Below are positions 27,394 to 36,923 of a stretch of 64,000 nucleotides of DNA, piece after piece. The notes under the pieces were generated by a model. The model was not told the DNA's origin. It ran no database searches and worked only from the letters and a program-made list of their open reading frames with translations. The stretch is from Flavobacteriales bacterium. Lineage in GTDB: Bacteria; Bacteroidota; Bacteroidia; Flavobacteriales_F; PHOS-HE28. The stretch is taken from assembly GCA_016713875.1 (NCBI GenBank), contig JADJOI010000003.1, forward strand, positions 437,092-501,091. Reading direction: 5' to 3'. Positions within the stretch are counted from its first letter, which is position 1; each line of letters opens with the position of its first letter. The position numbers were made by a program, and so were the translations under genes.

Positions 27394-28782
27394 TCACAGA
27401 TGGATCACCTCGCCATAGGCGGCGGCGGCGGCCTCCATGATGGCCTCGCTCATGGTGGGGTGGGGGTGCACCGTCTTGATGATCTCGTGGCCGGTGGTCT
27501 CGAGCTTGCGGATGCTCACGCACTCGGCGATCATCTCGGTGACGTTGGCGCCGATCATGTGCGCGCCCAGGAGCTCGCCGTACTTGGCGTCGAAGATGAG
27601 CTTCACAAAGCCGTCCTTGTTGCCGCCTGCACTGGCCTTGCCACTGGCGGTGAAGGGGAACTTGCCCACCTTGATGGCCAGGCCCTTGTCCTTGCACTGC
27701 TTCTCGGTCAGGCCCACGCTGGCCACCTCGGGGCTGCAGTAGGTGCAGCCGGGGATGTTGCCGTAGTCGAGCGCCTCGGGGTGGTGCCCGGCGATCTTCT
27801 CCACGCAGATGATGCCTTCCGCGCTGGCCACGTGCGCCAGGGCCTGGCCGGGGGTCACGTCGCCGATGGCGTAGTAGCCGGGGATGTTGGTCTGGTAGTG
27901 CTCGTTCACCGTGATGCGGCCCTTGTCGGTGGCGATGCCCACCTCCTCCAGCCCGATGCCCTCGATGTTGGGGGCGATGCCCACGGCGCTGAGCACGATG
28001 TCGCACTCGATCACCTGCTCACCCTTGGCGCTCTTCACGGTCACCTTGCAGCCCTTGCCCGCGGTGTCCACCTTGGTCACCTCGGCGCCGGTCATCACGT
28101 CGATGCCCTGCTTCTTGAAGCTCTTCTCGAGCTGCTTGCTCACCTCCTCGTCCTCCACGGGCACCACGTTGGGCATGAACTCCACCAAGGTCACCTTGGT
28201 GCCGATGGCGTTGTAGAAGTAGGCGAACTCGCTGCCGATGGCGCCGCTGCCCACCACCACCATGCTCTTGGGCTGCTCGGCGAGCACCATGGCCTCGCGG
28301 TAGCCGATGATCTTCTTGCCGTCCTGGGGCAGGTTGGGCAGCACGCGGCTGCGTGCGCCTGTGGCGATGAGGATGTGCTTGGCCTCGAGCACCTGCTTCT
28401 TGCCGTCGGCGCCGGTGACCTCGAGCTTCTTTCCCGGCATCAGCTTGCCAGTGCCCATGATCACGTCGATCTTGTTCTTCTTCATCAGGAACTGCACGCC
28501 GTTGCTCATGCCCTTGGCCACGTCGCGGCTGCGCTGCACGATGGCCTTCATGTCGGGCGAGCCGCCGTTGACGGTGATGCCGTAGTCCTTGGCGTGGTGG
28601 ATGTACTCGAACACCTGGGCGCTCTTCAGCAGGGCCTTGGTGGGGATGCAGCCCCAGTTGAGGCAGATGCCGCCAAGGGCCTCGCGTTCCACGACGGCGG
28701 TCTTCAGGCCCAGCTGGCTGGCACGGATGGCGGCCACGTAGCCTCCGGGGCCACTGCCGAGGACGATCACATCATAGCTCAT
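27394..28782 (-). CDS. lpdA: Dihydrolipoyl dehydrogenase
   Basis: FAD-binding GSGPGGY. Redox-active disulfide GGICLNWGCIPTK. C-terminal dimerisation domain HPHPTMSEA. Start taken at MSYDVIVLG (28782), not the ORF-track Met at 28962. Confidence 0.9.
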   Translation of the reverse strand: MSYDVIVLGSGPGGYVAAIRASQLGLKTAVVEREALGGICLNWGCIPTKALLKSAQVFEYIHHAKDYGITVNGGSPDMKAIVQRSRDVAKGMSNGVQFLMKKNKIDVIMGTGKLMPGKKLEVTGADGKKQVLEAKHILIATGARSRVLPNLPQDGKKIIGYREAMVLAEQPKSMVVVGSGAIGSEFAYFYNAIGTKVTLVEFMPNVVPVEDEEVSKQLEKSFKKQGIDVMTGAEVTKVDTAGKGCKVTVKSAKGEQVIECDIVLSAVGIAPNIEGIGLEEVGIATDKGRITVNEHYQTNIPGYYAIGDVTPGQALAHVASAEGIICVEKIAGHHPEALDYGNIPGCTYCSPEVASVGLTEKQCKDKGLAIKVGKFPFTASGKASAGGNKDGFVKLIFDAKYGELLGAHMIGANVTEMIAECVSIRKLETTGHEIIKTVHPHPTMSEAIMEAAAAAYGEVIHL

Positions 28783-28876
28783 GAGGAAGGGGTGCGGGTT
28801 GAGGGGGCGAAGGTAGGGGCCATGGCCGATCGGCGACGGCGACGGTGGCACGCCCGCCGGTCCTACATTCGCCTCC

Positions 28877-29371
28877 ATGGCCACCACCTTCCTGCCGGAC
28901 GATTCCGGTTCCACCCAGCGCCCTGACATGCTCACGGGCCTCGGCATCCTGAGCTTCATCAACTGCGGGCTCTTTCTGCTGATCTACGGCTTGGGCCTGC
29001 TCTTCACCCTGGGTCTTCGGTCCGTGCCCGAGGAGGAGTTCATGGCGCAGATGAACGAGCAGATGGCCGGCATGAGCGACATGATGGGCGAGGAGGGCGT
29101 CGCGGCCTTCGAGGAGCTCGTGCCCCTGTTCTACCATGGCGGCGCCTTGCTGATGGGCCTGCTCCTGCTGCGTACCGTCGCCCGCTTCATCGGGGCGGTC
29201 AACATGTGGCGAGGCCGCCGCCAGGGCTTCTACCTCTACGCGGTGGCCCAGGTGGTGGGCATCTTCGTTCCGCATGCGGTGCTCCCGTGGAAGTACCTCG
29301 GGATCTTCGGCCCTTTCCTGGCCCTCGCGTTCGTGGCGCTGTACGGCAGCCAGTTGAAGCGCTTCAGCTGA
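28877..29371 (+). CDS. Hypothetical membrane protein
   Basis: 164-aa ORF with 3-4 predicted TM helices. No recognised motif. Divergent from lpd. Confidence 0.5.
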   Translation: MATTFLPDDSGSTQRPDMLTGLGILSFINCGLFLLIYGLGLLFTLGLRSVPEEEFMAQMNEQMAGMSDMMGEEGVAAFEELVPLFYHGGALLMGLLLLRTVARFIGAVNMWRGRRQGFYLYAVAQVVGIFVPHAVLPWKYLGIFGPFLALAFVALYGSQLKRFS

Positions 29372-29377
29372 AGGAGC

Positions 29378-29776
29378 GTGCGTATCGGGATGCCGATCCT
29401 GCTCGTCCTCGGACCGATGCTCGCGGGCTGTTTCACGGTCCGCAGCACGGACCGGTTCACCTACACCAAGGTCGATGCCGCCTCCTATGCGCGCCTGCTG
29501 GCGGACAGCACGGCCCGGGTGCTCGTGGACGTGCGCACCGCCGGGGAGCATGAGAAAGGTCACCTGCCGGGCGCCATCAACCGGAGCTTCCTCTCGTTCC
29601 GCTACGGCCGGCTGGTGCGCGACCTCGACCGTTCCACGCTCGTGTTCCTCTATTGCCAGACCTGCCACCGCAGCCCGCTCGCGGCACGGCGGATGAAACG
29701 GATGGGCTTTCGCCGGGTGGTGGACCTGGAGGGCGGATTTCAACGGTGGCCTGGGCCGATCACCACTGTTCCCTGA
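29378..29776 (+). CDS. Rhodanese-like domain lipoprotein (sulfurtransferase)
   Basis: Lipobox LAGC. Rhodanese fold with active-site Cys in YCQTCHRS. Confidence 0.75.
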   Translation: MRIGMPILLVLGPMLAGCFTVRSTDRFTYTKVDAASYARLLADSTARVLVDVRTAGEHEKGHLPGAINRSFLSFRYGRLVRDLDRSTLVFLYCQTCHRSPLAARRMKRMGFRRVVDLEGGFQRWPGPITTVP

Positions 29777-30603
29777 TGCGTGTTCTGTTGCCCATCAGTT
29801 GCTCCGGCCTGCTCCTGGCCCTGTCAGCCAGTGGACAGGTGCAGCGGTCCGCACCGCCTGCGCCCTTCACCTTGGGCGTGGTGGAGACCATTCGCAGCAC
29901 CACCCTCGCTGAGGACCGCGTCCTCAACATCGCCCTGCCGCAGGGCTACCACCCCGACAGCGCCGCGCGCTACCCGGTGATCTACCTGCTCGATGGAAGT
30001 GCCGATGAGGACTTCATCCATGTGACCGGCGCCGTGCAGTTCGCTTCGTTCCCGTGGGTGGATCGGGTGAAGCCGAGCATCGTGGTGGGCATCGCCAACG
30101 TGGACCGGAAGCGCGACCTCACCTTTCCCTCCACGGTGGCCAAGGACAAGGCTGACTTCCCGACCACCGGCGGAAGCGCCGCGTTCATGCGGTTCATCGC
30201 GAAGGAGATGATCCCCTTCATGGACGCCAACTACCGCACCACCCGGGAGCGCACCCTGATCGGCCAGAGCCTCGGCGGTCTCTTTGCGACGGAGCTGCTG
30301 TTGCGCATGCCCTACCTCTTTCAGCACTACATCATCGTAAGTCCCAGCCTGTGGTGGGACGATGGATCGGCCTTGGACATCCCGGCGGATGCCCTCAGCG
30401 CGCCCGACATCGGCGTGGCCTCGGTACACATCACCGTGGGCAAGGAGGGAAAGGCCATGGTGGGTCCGGCCCGCAAGCTCGCCGCCCTGGTGCGCAAGGC
30501 GCATGTGCCCCGCGTGGCCTTCCACCGCATCACCGACCTGGACCATGCCAACATCCTGCACGAGGCGGTGATGGAGGCGCTGCAGTGGCGCACGGACCGG
30601 TGA
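29776..30603 (+). CDS. Alpha/beta hydrolase, putative esterase family (enterochelin-esterase-like fold)
   Basis: Signal peptide MRVLLPISCSGLLLALSASG. YPVIYLLDG and GQSLGG (GxSxG) motifs. Start overlaps the rhodanese stop (TGATG). Confidence 0.75.
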   Translation: MRVLLPISCSGLLLALSASGQVQRSAPPAPFTLGVVETIRSTTLAEDRVLNIALPQGYHPDSAARYPVIYLLDGSADEDFIHVTGAVQFASFPWVDRVKPSIVVGIANVDRKRDLTFPSTVAKDKADFPTTGGSAAFMRFIAKEMIPFMDANYRTTRERTLIGQSLGGLFATELLLRMPYLFQHYIIVSPSLWWDDGSALDIPADALSAPDIGVASVHITVGKEGKAMVGPARKLAALVRKAHVPRVAFHRITDLDHANILHEAVMEALQWRTDR

Positions 30604-30634
30604 GTGTCCGAGCCGGGTCGGGATCGACCTCCGG

Positions 30635-31012
30635 TCACCCCTTCCAGGCCACCCCGCTGATCTCCACGTTCACCCCGCGCGGCAGGCCCTTTACGGCCAC
30701 GGCCTCGCGGGCGGGCGGCGTTTCGGTGAAGTAGGTGCCGTACACCTCGTTCACGGCGGCGTAGTGGGCCATGTCGCTCAGGAAGATGGTCACCTTCACC
30801 AGGTGCTCATAGCCCATGCCGGCGGCCTTCAAGAGGTTGCCCACGTTCTCCATCACCTTGTGCGTTTCGGTGGCGATATCGCCCATGTGCAGGTCCCCGT
30901 GTTCATCCAGCGCGATCTGGCCGCTGAGGTAGAGCGTGGGGCCGGCCTGGATGGCGGGCGTGTACGGGGCGAGGGGCTTGGCGGCGTTGGGCGGGAAGAT
31001 GGGCTGTTTCAT
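30635..31012 (-). CDS. ridA: RidA family protein (YjgF/TdcF reactive-intermediate deaminase)
   Basis: 125 aa MKQPIFPPNAAKPLAPYTPAIQAGPTLYLSGQIAL...: canonical RidA. The ORF-track 580-aa extension is rejected. Confidence 0.85.
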   Translation of the reverse strand: MKQPIFPPNAAKPLAPYTPAIQAGPTLYLSGQIALDEHGDLHMGDIATETHKVMENVGNLLKAAGMGYEHLVKVTIFLSDMAHYAAVNEVYGTYFTETPPAREAVAVKGLPRGVNVEISGVAWKG

Positions 31013-31102
31013 GTGTGCGAGTGCCCATGAGCACAAGGGCATCTGGGACGCGAAGATGGCGATCGAGCGGGCACGCCGGGTAGTTTTGCGCGCCGTCAGC
31101 CC

Positions 31103-32503
31103 ATGCTGTTCAATTCGGTCCACTACCTGTGGTTCCTGCCCACGGTGTTCGCGCTCTACTGGGGCGTGTTCCGGAGCCTGCGTGCGCAGAACCTGCTGCT
31201 GATCGTGGCCAGCTACGTGTTCTACGGCTGGTGGGACCCGCGCTTCCTCGCGCTGCTGTTCGTCAGCTCGTTCAGCGACTACTGGCTGGGCCTGTGGATC
31301 GACCGGAGCGGCGATGCGCGTGTCCGCAGGCGGGCCTTGGTGCTGAGCCTGGTCTTCAACCTGGGCATCCTGGCTTACTTCAAGTACAGCAACTTCTTCA
31401 TCGCCTCGGCGGTGGATGCGCTGCACGCCTTGGGCCTGCAGGCCAACATCGGCACCTTGAACGTGATCCTGCCGGTGGGGGTGAGCTTTTACACCTTCCA
31501 GAGCATCAGCTACACGATCGAGATCTACCGGCGCGAGATGCGACCGGTGCGCGATCCCATCGCCTACCTCGCGTTCGTCAGCTTCTTCCCGCACATGGTG
31601 GCCGGGCCTATCATGCGAGCGGTGGACCTGCTGCCCCAGATGACCGCGTCCCGGCGGTTCACCTATGCCAACGGCGTGAGCGGCCTGCGGCTCATCGTCC
31701 AGGGCCTGTTCAAGAAGGTGGTCATCGCCGACAGCCTGGCGCCCATGGTGGATCAGGTGTTCCGGCTGTATCCCTGGGAATCCGGGCCCGACCTCGCGCT
31801 GGGGGCGATCTACTTCGCCTTCCAGATCTACGGCGACTTCAGCGGCTACAGTGACATCGCCATCGGATCGGCGAAGCTCTTCGGCATCGAACTGATGACC
31901 AACTTCCGCACGCCGTATCTGGCCCGCGACATCGGCGACTTCTGGAAACGCTGGCACATCAGCCTCAGCACCTGGTTCCGCGATTTCCTGTACATCCCGC
32001 TGGGGGGCAACCGGGTGAGCCGCCCGCGGCGTGTGTTCAACACGCTGGTCACCTTCATCGCCAGCGGGTTCTGGCATGGCGCCAACTGGACCTTCCTGGC
32101 CTGGGGGGCGATCCACGGGCTGCTGTACGTCCCGCTGATCGGCAAGGCGGATGGGCCAGCGCGACCGGCCGGACAGGCGCGCATCCTCCTGTCCACGCTC
32201 CTGACCTTCGCCGGCGTCACGCTCGCTTGGGTCTTCTTCCGCGCCCGGAACATCGCTGAGGCCTTCGGCTACCTGAAGGGCATGTGCACCCAGGACGTCA
32301 TCAGCGTGCCCGACCGGCTGGACGGACTTCCTTTCGTGGGGGTCATGGTCCTGCTGGACCTGGTGAACCGGCATCACGTGCGTGATCCCTTCGGCCAGAT
32401 CACGACGCGGTGGGTGCGTTACGCCGTCTACTTCACCCTGGTGCTGGCCGTGGTGCTCTTCAGTCGGCGGAACGACGTGCAGTTCATCTACTTCCAGTTC
32501 TGA
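31103..32503 (+). CDS. MBOAT family O-acyltransferase (AlgI/DltB/PatA-like)
   Basis: 466 aa, multi-TM. Conserved MBOAT His region (FWHGANWTF, WRRWHISL). Confidence 0.85.
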   Translation: MLFNSVHYLWFLPTVFALYWGVFRSLRAQNLLLIVASYVFYGWWDPRFLALLFVSSFSDYWLGLWIDRSGDARVRRRALVLSLVFNLGILAYFKYSNFFIASAVDALHALGLQANIGTLNVILPVGVSFYTFQSISYTIEIYRREMRPVRDPIAYLAFVSFFPHMVAGPIMRAVDLLPQMTASRRFTYANGVSGLRLIVQGLFKKVVIADSLAPMVDQVFRLYPWESGPDLALGAIYFAFQIYGDFSGYSDIAIGSAKLFGIELMTNFRTPYLARDIGDFWKRWHISLSTWFRDFLYIPLGGNRVSRPRRVFNTLVTFIASGFWHGANWTFLAWGAIHGLLYVPLIGKADGPARPAGQARILLSTLLTFAGVTLAWVFFRARNIAEAFGYLKGMCTQDVISVPDRLDGLPFVGVMVLLDLVNRHHVRDPFGQITTRWVRYAVYFTLVLAVVLFSRRNDVQFIYFQF

Positions 32504-32505
32504 CC

Positions 32506-33408
32506 ATGCGCCCGTTCCTGTGGAAGACCCTGATGGCCGCCGCGCTCTGCGCCCTGGTGGCGGTGGTGCTGGACCTGGCGCTCACCCGGCGGGCCGCCGG
32601 CCGGCAGTTCGAGCGGTACGCGGACCTGCACGTGATCCGCGCGGGAAAGGCGGAGGCCGAGGTGGTGGTGATCGGCAATTCACGCGCCCGGTACCACTAC
32701 GATGCCCAGGTGATCGCCGAGCGGTTGAGGCGCCCGTGCTACAACCTGGGTATGATCGGGTATCCGCTGCTGGACCAGTTGGGCAAGCTGCGCTACTACT
32801 TGGAGCACGCGCCGGAGCCAGCGCTGGTGGTGGTGAACGTCGACGCCGCATCGTGGAGGCCGCTGGCCCGGGATACCATCATCCAGTACGAGCAGTTCCT
32901 GGATGATATCCGTGACCCTGCCGTGCTGGACATCGTGCGGCACAAGACCGGGTTCCGTCCGCTGGACCTACTTCCATGGGCGCGGTACGCAGGATTCCCG
33001 GAGTACGTGCTGAAGATCGCGACCTTGGACACAGTGACGAACGTGCACGCGGGCTTCGTGGCTTCCACGGAGGTGCTCGATCCCAAGCGTGCCCGCCAGG
33101 TCAGCCTGCCAGCGGATGCGCTGAACGGGCTGGACGGGTATCTCGAGGCCTTGCGTGCGCATCGTCGCCGGCATTGGCCCCATGCGCGGGTGGCGTTCGT
33201 GGAGACCCCCTTCCATGGCTCGGACAGCCTTTGGATCCTGCGGGCCCTGGAGCCGCGGTTGGACCGGGCGACCGAGATCGTGGTGCCGGTGGACCTGAGC
33301 TGGACGGGCGACCCCACGCTGTTCATGAACCGCACCCACTTGAACGCCAAGGGGGCCGCGCACTTCAGCGCCCTGGTGGCTGATTCCCTGCGGGCGAAGG
33401 GCTGGTGA
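32506..33408 (+). CDS. Putative periplasmic partner of the MBOAT acyltransferase (DltD/AlgJ/PatB-like, SGNH-like fold?)
   Basis: Immediately downstream (3-bp gap) of the MBOAT gene. N-terminal TM anchor then soluble domain. Start MRPFLWK at 32506. The fold assignment is an inference from synteny, not from a clear motif. Confidence 0.5.
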   Translation: MRPFLWKTLMAAALCALVAVVLDLALTRRAAGRQFERYADLHVIRAGKAEAEVVVIGNSRARYHYDAQVIAERLRRPCYNLGMIGYPLLDQLGKLRYYLEHAPEPALVVVNVDAASWRPLARDTIIQYEQFLDDIRDPAVLDIVRHKTGFRPLDLLPWARYAGFPEYVLKIATLDTVTNVHAGFVASTEVLDPKRARQVSLPADALNGLDGYLEALRAHRRRHWPHARVAFVETPFHGSDSLWILRALEPRLDRATEIVVPVDLSWTGDPTLFMNRTHLNAKGAAHFSALVADSLRAKGW

Positions 33409-33459
33409 TCCCGGTTCCCGTGGCAGGTCCGAGCGCGTGGATGGGTAGTTTCGCGGCCC

Positions 33460-34239
33460 ATGGAGCACCGACCGCTGATCCTGGTCACCAACGACGATGG
33501 CATCTTCGCCCCGGGCATCCGCGCCCTGGTGGAGGAGGTCCGCGCCTTCGGTCGCGTGATGGTGGTGGCCCCGGACAAGCCCCAGAGCGCCATGGGGCAC
33601 GCCATCACCATCCACAGCTTCCTGCGCCTGAACAAGGTGGCCTACCTGGACGACCTGGACGCTTGGAGCTGCAGCGGCACACCGGTGGACTGTGTGAAGC
33701 TGGCCATCTACAAGCTGCTGGAAGGGCGCAAGCCCGACCTGCTGGTCAGCGGCATCAACCACGGCGCGAACATCAGCATCAACGTGCTGTACAGCGGCAC
33801 CATGAGCGCGGCGGTGGAGGGGGCCATGGAAGGCATCCCGAGCGTGGGCTTCAGCCTGATGGACCACAGCATGGAGGCCGATTTCGCACCGGTGCGGCCG
33901 GTGGTGCGGAGCGTGGTGTCCAACGTCCTGCGCCACGGCCTTTCCCAGGGGGCGTGCCTCAATGTGAACGTGCCCCGCACCCGCGGCGAGGCCCTCAAGG
34001 GCATGCGCGTGTGCCGTCAGGCCAAGGCCAACTGGGAGGACGAGTTCGAGACGCGGCTCGATCCCGGCAAGCGCGAGTACTACTGGTTGAAGGGGGAGTT
34101 CAAGAGCGAGGACCACGGACAGGACACCGATGTGTGGGCCGTGAACAACGGCTACGTCAGCATCGTGCCCACCCAGTTCGACATGACGGCGCACCACGCC
34201 ATCGCCGACCTGAACACCTGGGACCATGGCCTGGAATGA
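33460..34239 (+). CDS. surE: 5'/3'-nucleotidase SurE
   Basis: N-terminal LILVTNDDGI motif and overall SurE sequence. 259 aa. Confidence 0.9.
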   Translation: MEHRPLILVTNDDGIFAPGIRALVEEVRAFGRVMVVAPDKPQSAMGHAITIHSFLRLNKVAYLDDLDAWSCSGTPVDCVKLAIYKLLEGRKPDLLVSGINHGANISINVLYSGTMSAAVEGAMEGIPSVGFSLMDHSMEADFAPVRPVVRSVVSNVLRHGLSQGACLNVNVPRTRGEALKGMRVCRQAKANWEDEFETRLDPGKREYYWLKGEFKSEDHGQDTDVWAVNNGYVSIVPTQFDMTAHHAIADLNTWDHGLE

Positions 34240-34525
34240 CCGCACGGTCGGCCTGGTGGGCGGGTTGCTGGCGCCCGCGGCCGGTTTTCTCGTGTATGCC
34301 CTGATCTACGTCAACCTGATCCGGCCCCACAACGACCTGGGCTGGTTCGTGCAGGACCTGTTCCTGGGCACCCGCCGCTACCAGGCCCCGGTACTGAGCC
34401 TGTCCCTGCTGGCCGACGTGCCGCTGTTCTTCTGGTTCGACCGCAAGGGCCGCGTGGAGGCCATGCGCGGCGTGCTGATGGCGGTGTTCATCCACGGTGC
34501 GGTGATCGTGGCCCTTTGGATATGA
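34226..34525 (+). CDS. Small hypothetical membrane protein (99 aa)
   Basis: Three hydrophobic helices. Overlaps the surE end and the lpxB start. Confidence 0.4.
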   Translation: MAWNDRTVGLVGGLLAPAAGFLVYALIYVNLIRPHNDLGWFVQDLFLGTRRYQAPVLSLSLLADVPLFFWFDRKGRVEAMRGVLMAVFIHGAVIVALWI

Positions 34526-35640
34526 GCCGGCGCGTGTACCTCATCGCCGGCGAGGCCAGCGGCGACCTGCATGCGGCCAACCTCGTGAAGGCGCTTCGCC
34601 GCGAGCACCCGGAGGTGGAGCTGCGTGGCTGGGGTGGCGACCGCATGGCGGCGGCCGGGGTGCAGGTGGTGAAGCACATCCGTGAGCTGGCCTTCATGGG
34701 CTTCGCCGAGGTGCTCCTGAACCTGCGTACCATCCTCGGCAACATCGTGGCGTGCAAGGCGGACATCGCCGCATGGCGCCCCGATGCGATCGTGCTGGTG
34801 GACTACCCGGGCTTCAACCTGCGCATCGCGACCTATGCACGCACGCTCGGCATCCCCGTGTTCTACTACATCAGTCCGCAGGTGTGGGCCTGGAAGGCCG
34901 GCCGGGTGAAGCGCATCCGCCGCGACGTCACCGAGCTCTGCGTCATCCTGCCCTTCGAGCAGGAGTGGTACGCCGAGCGCGGCATGGACGTCACCTTCGT
35001 GGGGCACCCGCTGCTGGACGCCATCGCCGAGGAGAACGACCATCCGCCGACGCCGTTGCCGGGTGCGGACGGGCGACCGGTGATCGCCCTGCTCCCGGGC
35101 AGCCGCCGCCAGGAGGTGGAGCGCATGCTGCCGGTGATGCTGGAGGCCACCGCCGGCTTCACCGACCATCAATGCGTGGTGGCCGCGGCGCCCGCGCTCG
35201 ATGATGCGGTGTACGCGCCGTTCCTCCGGAACAGCTCCGCTCTGGTGGTGCGTGAACGCACCTACGGCCTCCTGCGGCAGGCCCGGGCGGCCTTGGTCAC
35301 CAGTGGCACCGCCACGCTCGAGACGGCGCTCTTCGGGGTGCCCGAGGTGGTGTGCTACGGGGGCAGTGCCGTGAACGTGTGGCTGGCCCGGCGGCTGGTG
35401 AACGTCCGGTTCATCTCCCTGGTGAACCTGATCATGGGGCGCGAGGTGGTGCGGGAGATGATCCAGCAGGACCTGACGCCGGAGGCCCTGAACGCCGAGG
35501 TGCATAGGCTGCTGCACGATGCGCCCTACCGGGCCGCGATGCTGGACGACCTGGCCCGGCTGCGGGAACGACTGGGTGGCCCCGGGGCCAGTGCGAAAGC
35601 GGCGTCGCGCTTGTGGAAAATTCTGGTCCAGCGCTCCTGA
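34516..35640 (+). CDS. lpxB: Lipid-A-disaccharide synthase
   Basis: GT19 family: N-terminal IAGEASGDLH. 374 aa. Confidence 0.9.
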   Translation: MDMSRRVYLIAGEASGDLHAANLVKALRREHPEVELRGWGGDRMAAAGVQVVKHIRELAFMGFAEVLLNLRTILGNIVACKADIAAWRPDAIVLVDYPGFNLRIATYARTLGIPVFYYISPQVWAWKAGRVKRIRRDVTELCVILPFEQEWYAERGMDVTFVGHPLLDAIAEENDHPPTPLPGADGRPVIALLPGSRRQEVERMLPVMLEATAGFTDHQCVVAAAPALDDAVYAPFLRNSSALVVRERTYGLLRQARAALVTSGTATLETALFGVPEVVCYGGSAVNVWLARRLVNVRFISLVNLIMGREVVREMIQQDLTPEALNAEVHRLLHDAPYRAAMLDDLARLRERLGGPGASAKAASRLWKILVQRS

Positions 35641-35672
35641 CCGCCCTGTCGGGCGCGGGTACTTTCGCCGCC

Positions 35673-36836
35673 ATGCGCCTCCACCTTACTGCGTGGGCCC
35701 TGGTCGCGGCCGGCTGGGTCGGTGCCCAGTTCCAGGAAGTGCAGGTGGCGGTGCTCCATGGGAAAGGCGTCACCAGCGCCACACTGATGGGCACCCGCGG
35801 CGCCATGGCCGTGCTGACCGATGGCCGGCAGGTGGGCGAGCTCGCACCCAATGACGGGCTGCGGGTAGCCTTGGAGGACGGACGCATCGTGGGCCGGTCC
35901 TTGAGCGCGACGTGGACGGCCCGCGAGCGGATCACGCTTCGAGCGGCCTCTGGAGGTGGCGTGCGGCTGCGCGCCGTGGTGCCCAAGCTCGCCGAACGCG
36001 TGTACAGCGGGTCCATCGACATCCGTCGGGCGGGCGCCGAACTGCGCTTCGTGAACGAAGTGAAGCTGGAGGATTACGTGGCCGGGGTGGTCGAGAGCGA
36101 GGCCGGAGCGCAGCAGGCACCGGAGTACTACAAGTTGCAGGCGGTGGGCTGCAGGACCTATGCGCTGGCGAACGCGCGGAAGCATGCGCCGGAAGGCTTC
36201 GAGCTCTGCGACCAAGTGCATTGCCAGGTGTACAAGGGAAAGGCCACCCATGGACCGATCACCGAGGCCGCACAAGCCACCCGCGGCATGGTGGTGGTGG
36301 ATGCTGGGATCAGGCTGATCCAGGCCACCTTCCATAGCAACTGCGGGGGAGAGACGCTCAACGCGGAGGACATCTGGAGCAAGTCCGAACCCTATCTGCA
36401 GGCCACCACTGACAGCTTCTGCATCGAACAGCCCCATGCCACCTGGGCCATGACCATCCCCAAGGCCGACTGGCTCGGCTATATGGAAAGAAAGCATGGG
36501 CTGCGCACTGCGGATGCGGCCGTGCGCGCGGAACTCCTTGCCCACGAACCCCAATGCCGTGGCCTCTACCTCAATACCACCAAGCCGCTCGTGCCGCTGA
36601 AGCAACTACGGGAGGACTGGAAGTTGCGGAGCACCTATTTCACCGTGCGCACCGCCGGCGACCAGGTGGTGCTGGACGGTCGCGGCTTCGGACATGGCGT
36701 GGGGCTCTGTCAGGAAGGGGCCATGGAGATGGCGAGGCGTGGGATCCCCTTCATGGACATCCTGCATCACTACTACCGCGATGTGCACCTGGTGGACCTC
36801 AGTAGCCTCGAGTTCTTCCGCGACGAGGGGCAATGA
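35673..36836 (+). CDS. SpoIID/LytB domain protein (amidase enhancer / lytic transglycosylase-like)
   Basis: Signal peptide. Conserved SpoIID block (QVYKG, FHSNCGGET, core region). Start at MRLHLTA (35673). Confidence 0.8.
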   Translation: MRLHLTAWALVAAGWVGAQFQEVQVAVLHGKGVTSATLMGTRGAMAVLTDGRQVGELAPNDGLRVALEDGRIVGRSLSATWTARERITLRAASGGGVRLRAVVPKLAERVYSGSIDIRRAGAELRFVNEVKLEDYVAGVVESEAGAQQAPEYYKLQAVGCRTYALANARKHAPEGFELCDQVHCQVYKGKATHGPITEAAQATRGMVVVDAGIRLIQATFHSNCGGETLNAEDIWSKSEPYLQATTDSFCIEQPHATWAMTIPKADWLGYMERKHGLRTADAAVRAELLAHEPQCRGLYLNTTKPLVPLKQLREDWKLRSTYFTVRTAGDQVVLDGRGFGHGVGLCQEGAMEMARRGIPFMDILHHYYRDVHLVDLSSLEFFRDEGQ

Positions 36837-36923
36837 GGCCGGCCCCGCAGACCGGTCGTCGAAAGAAGTTGACGACGCTCGATGAATGGTCTATTTTTGT
36901 CGACGAACACCGAATCCAACCGC

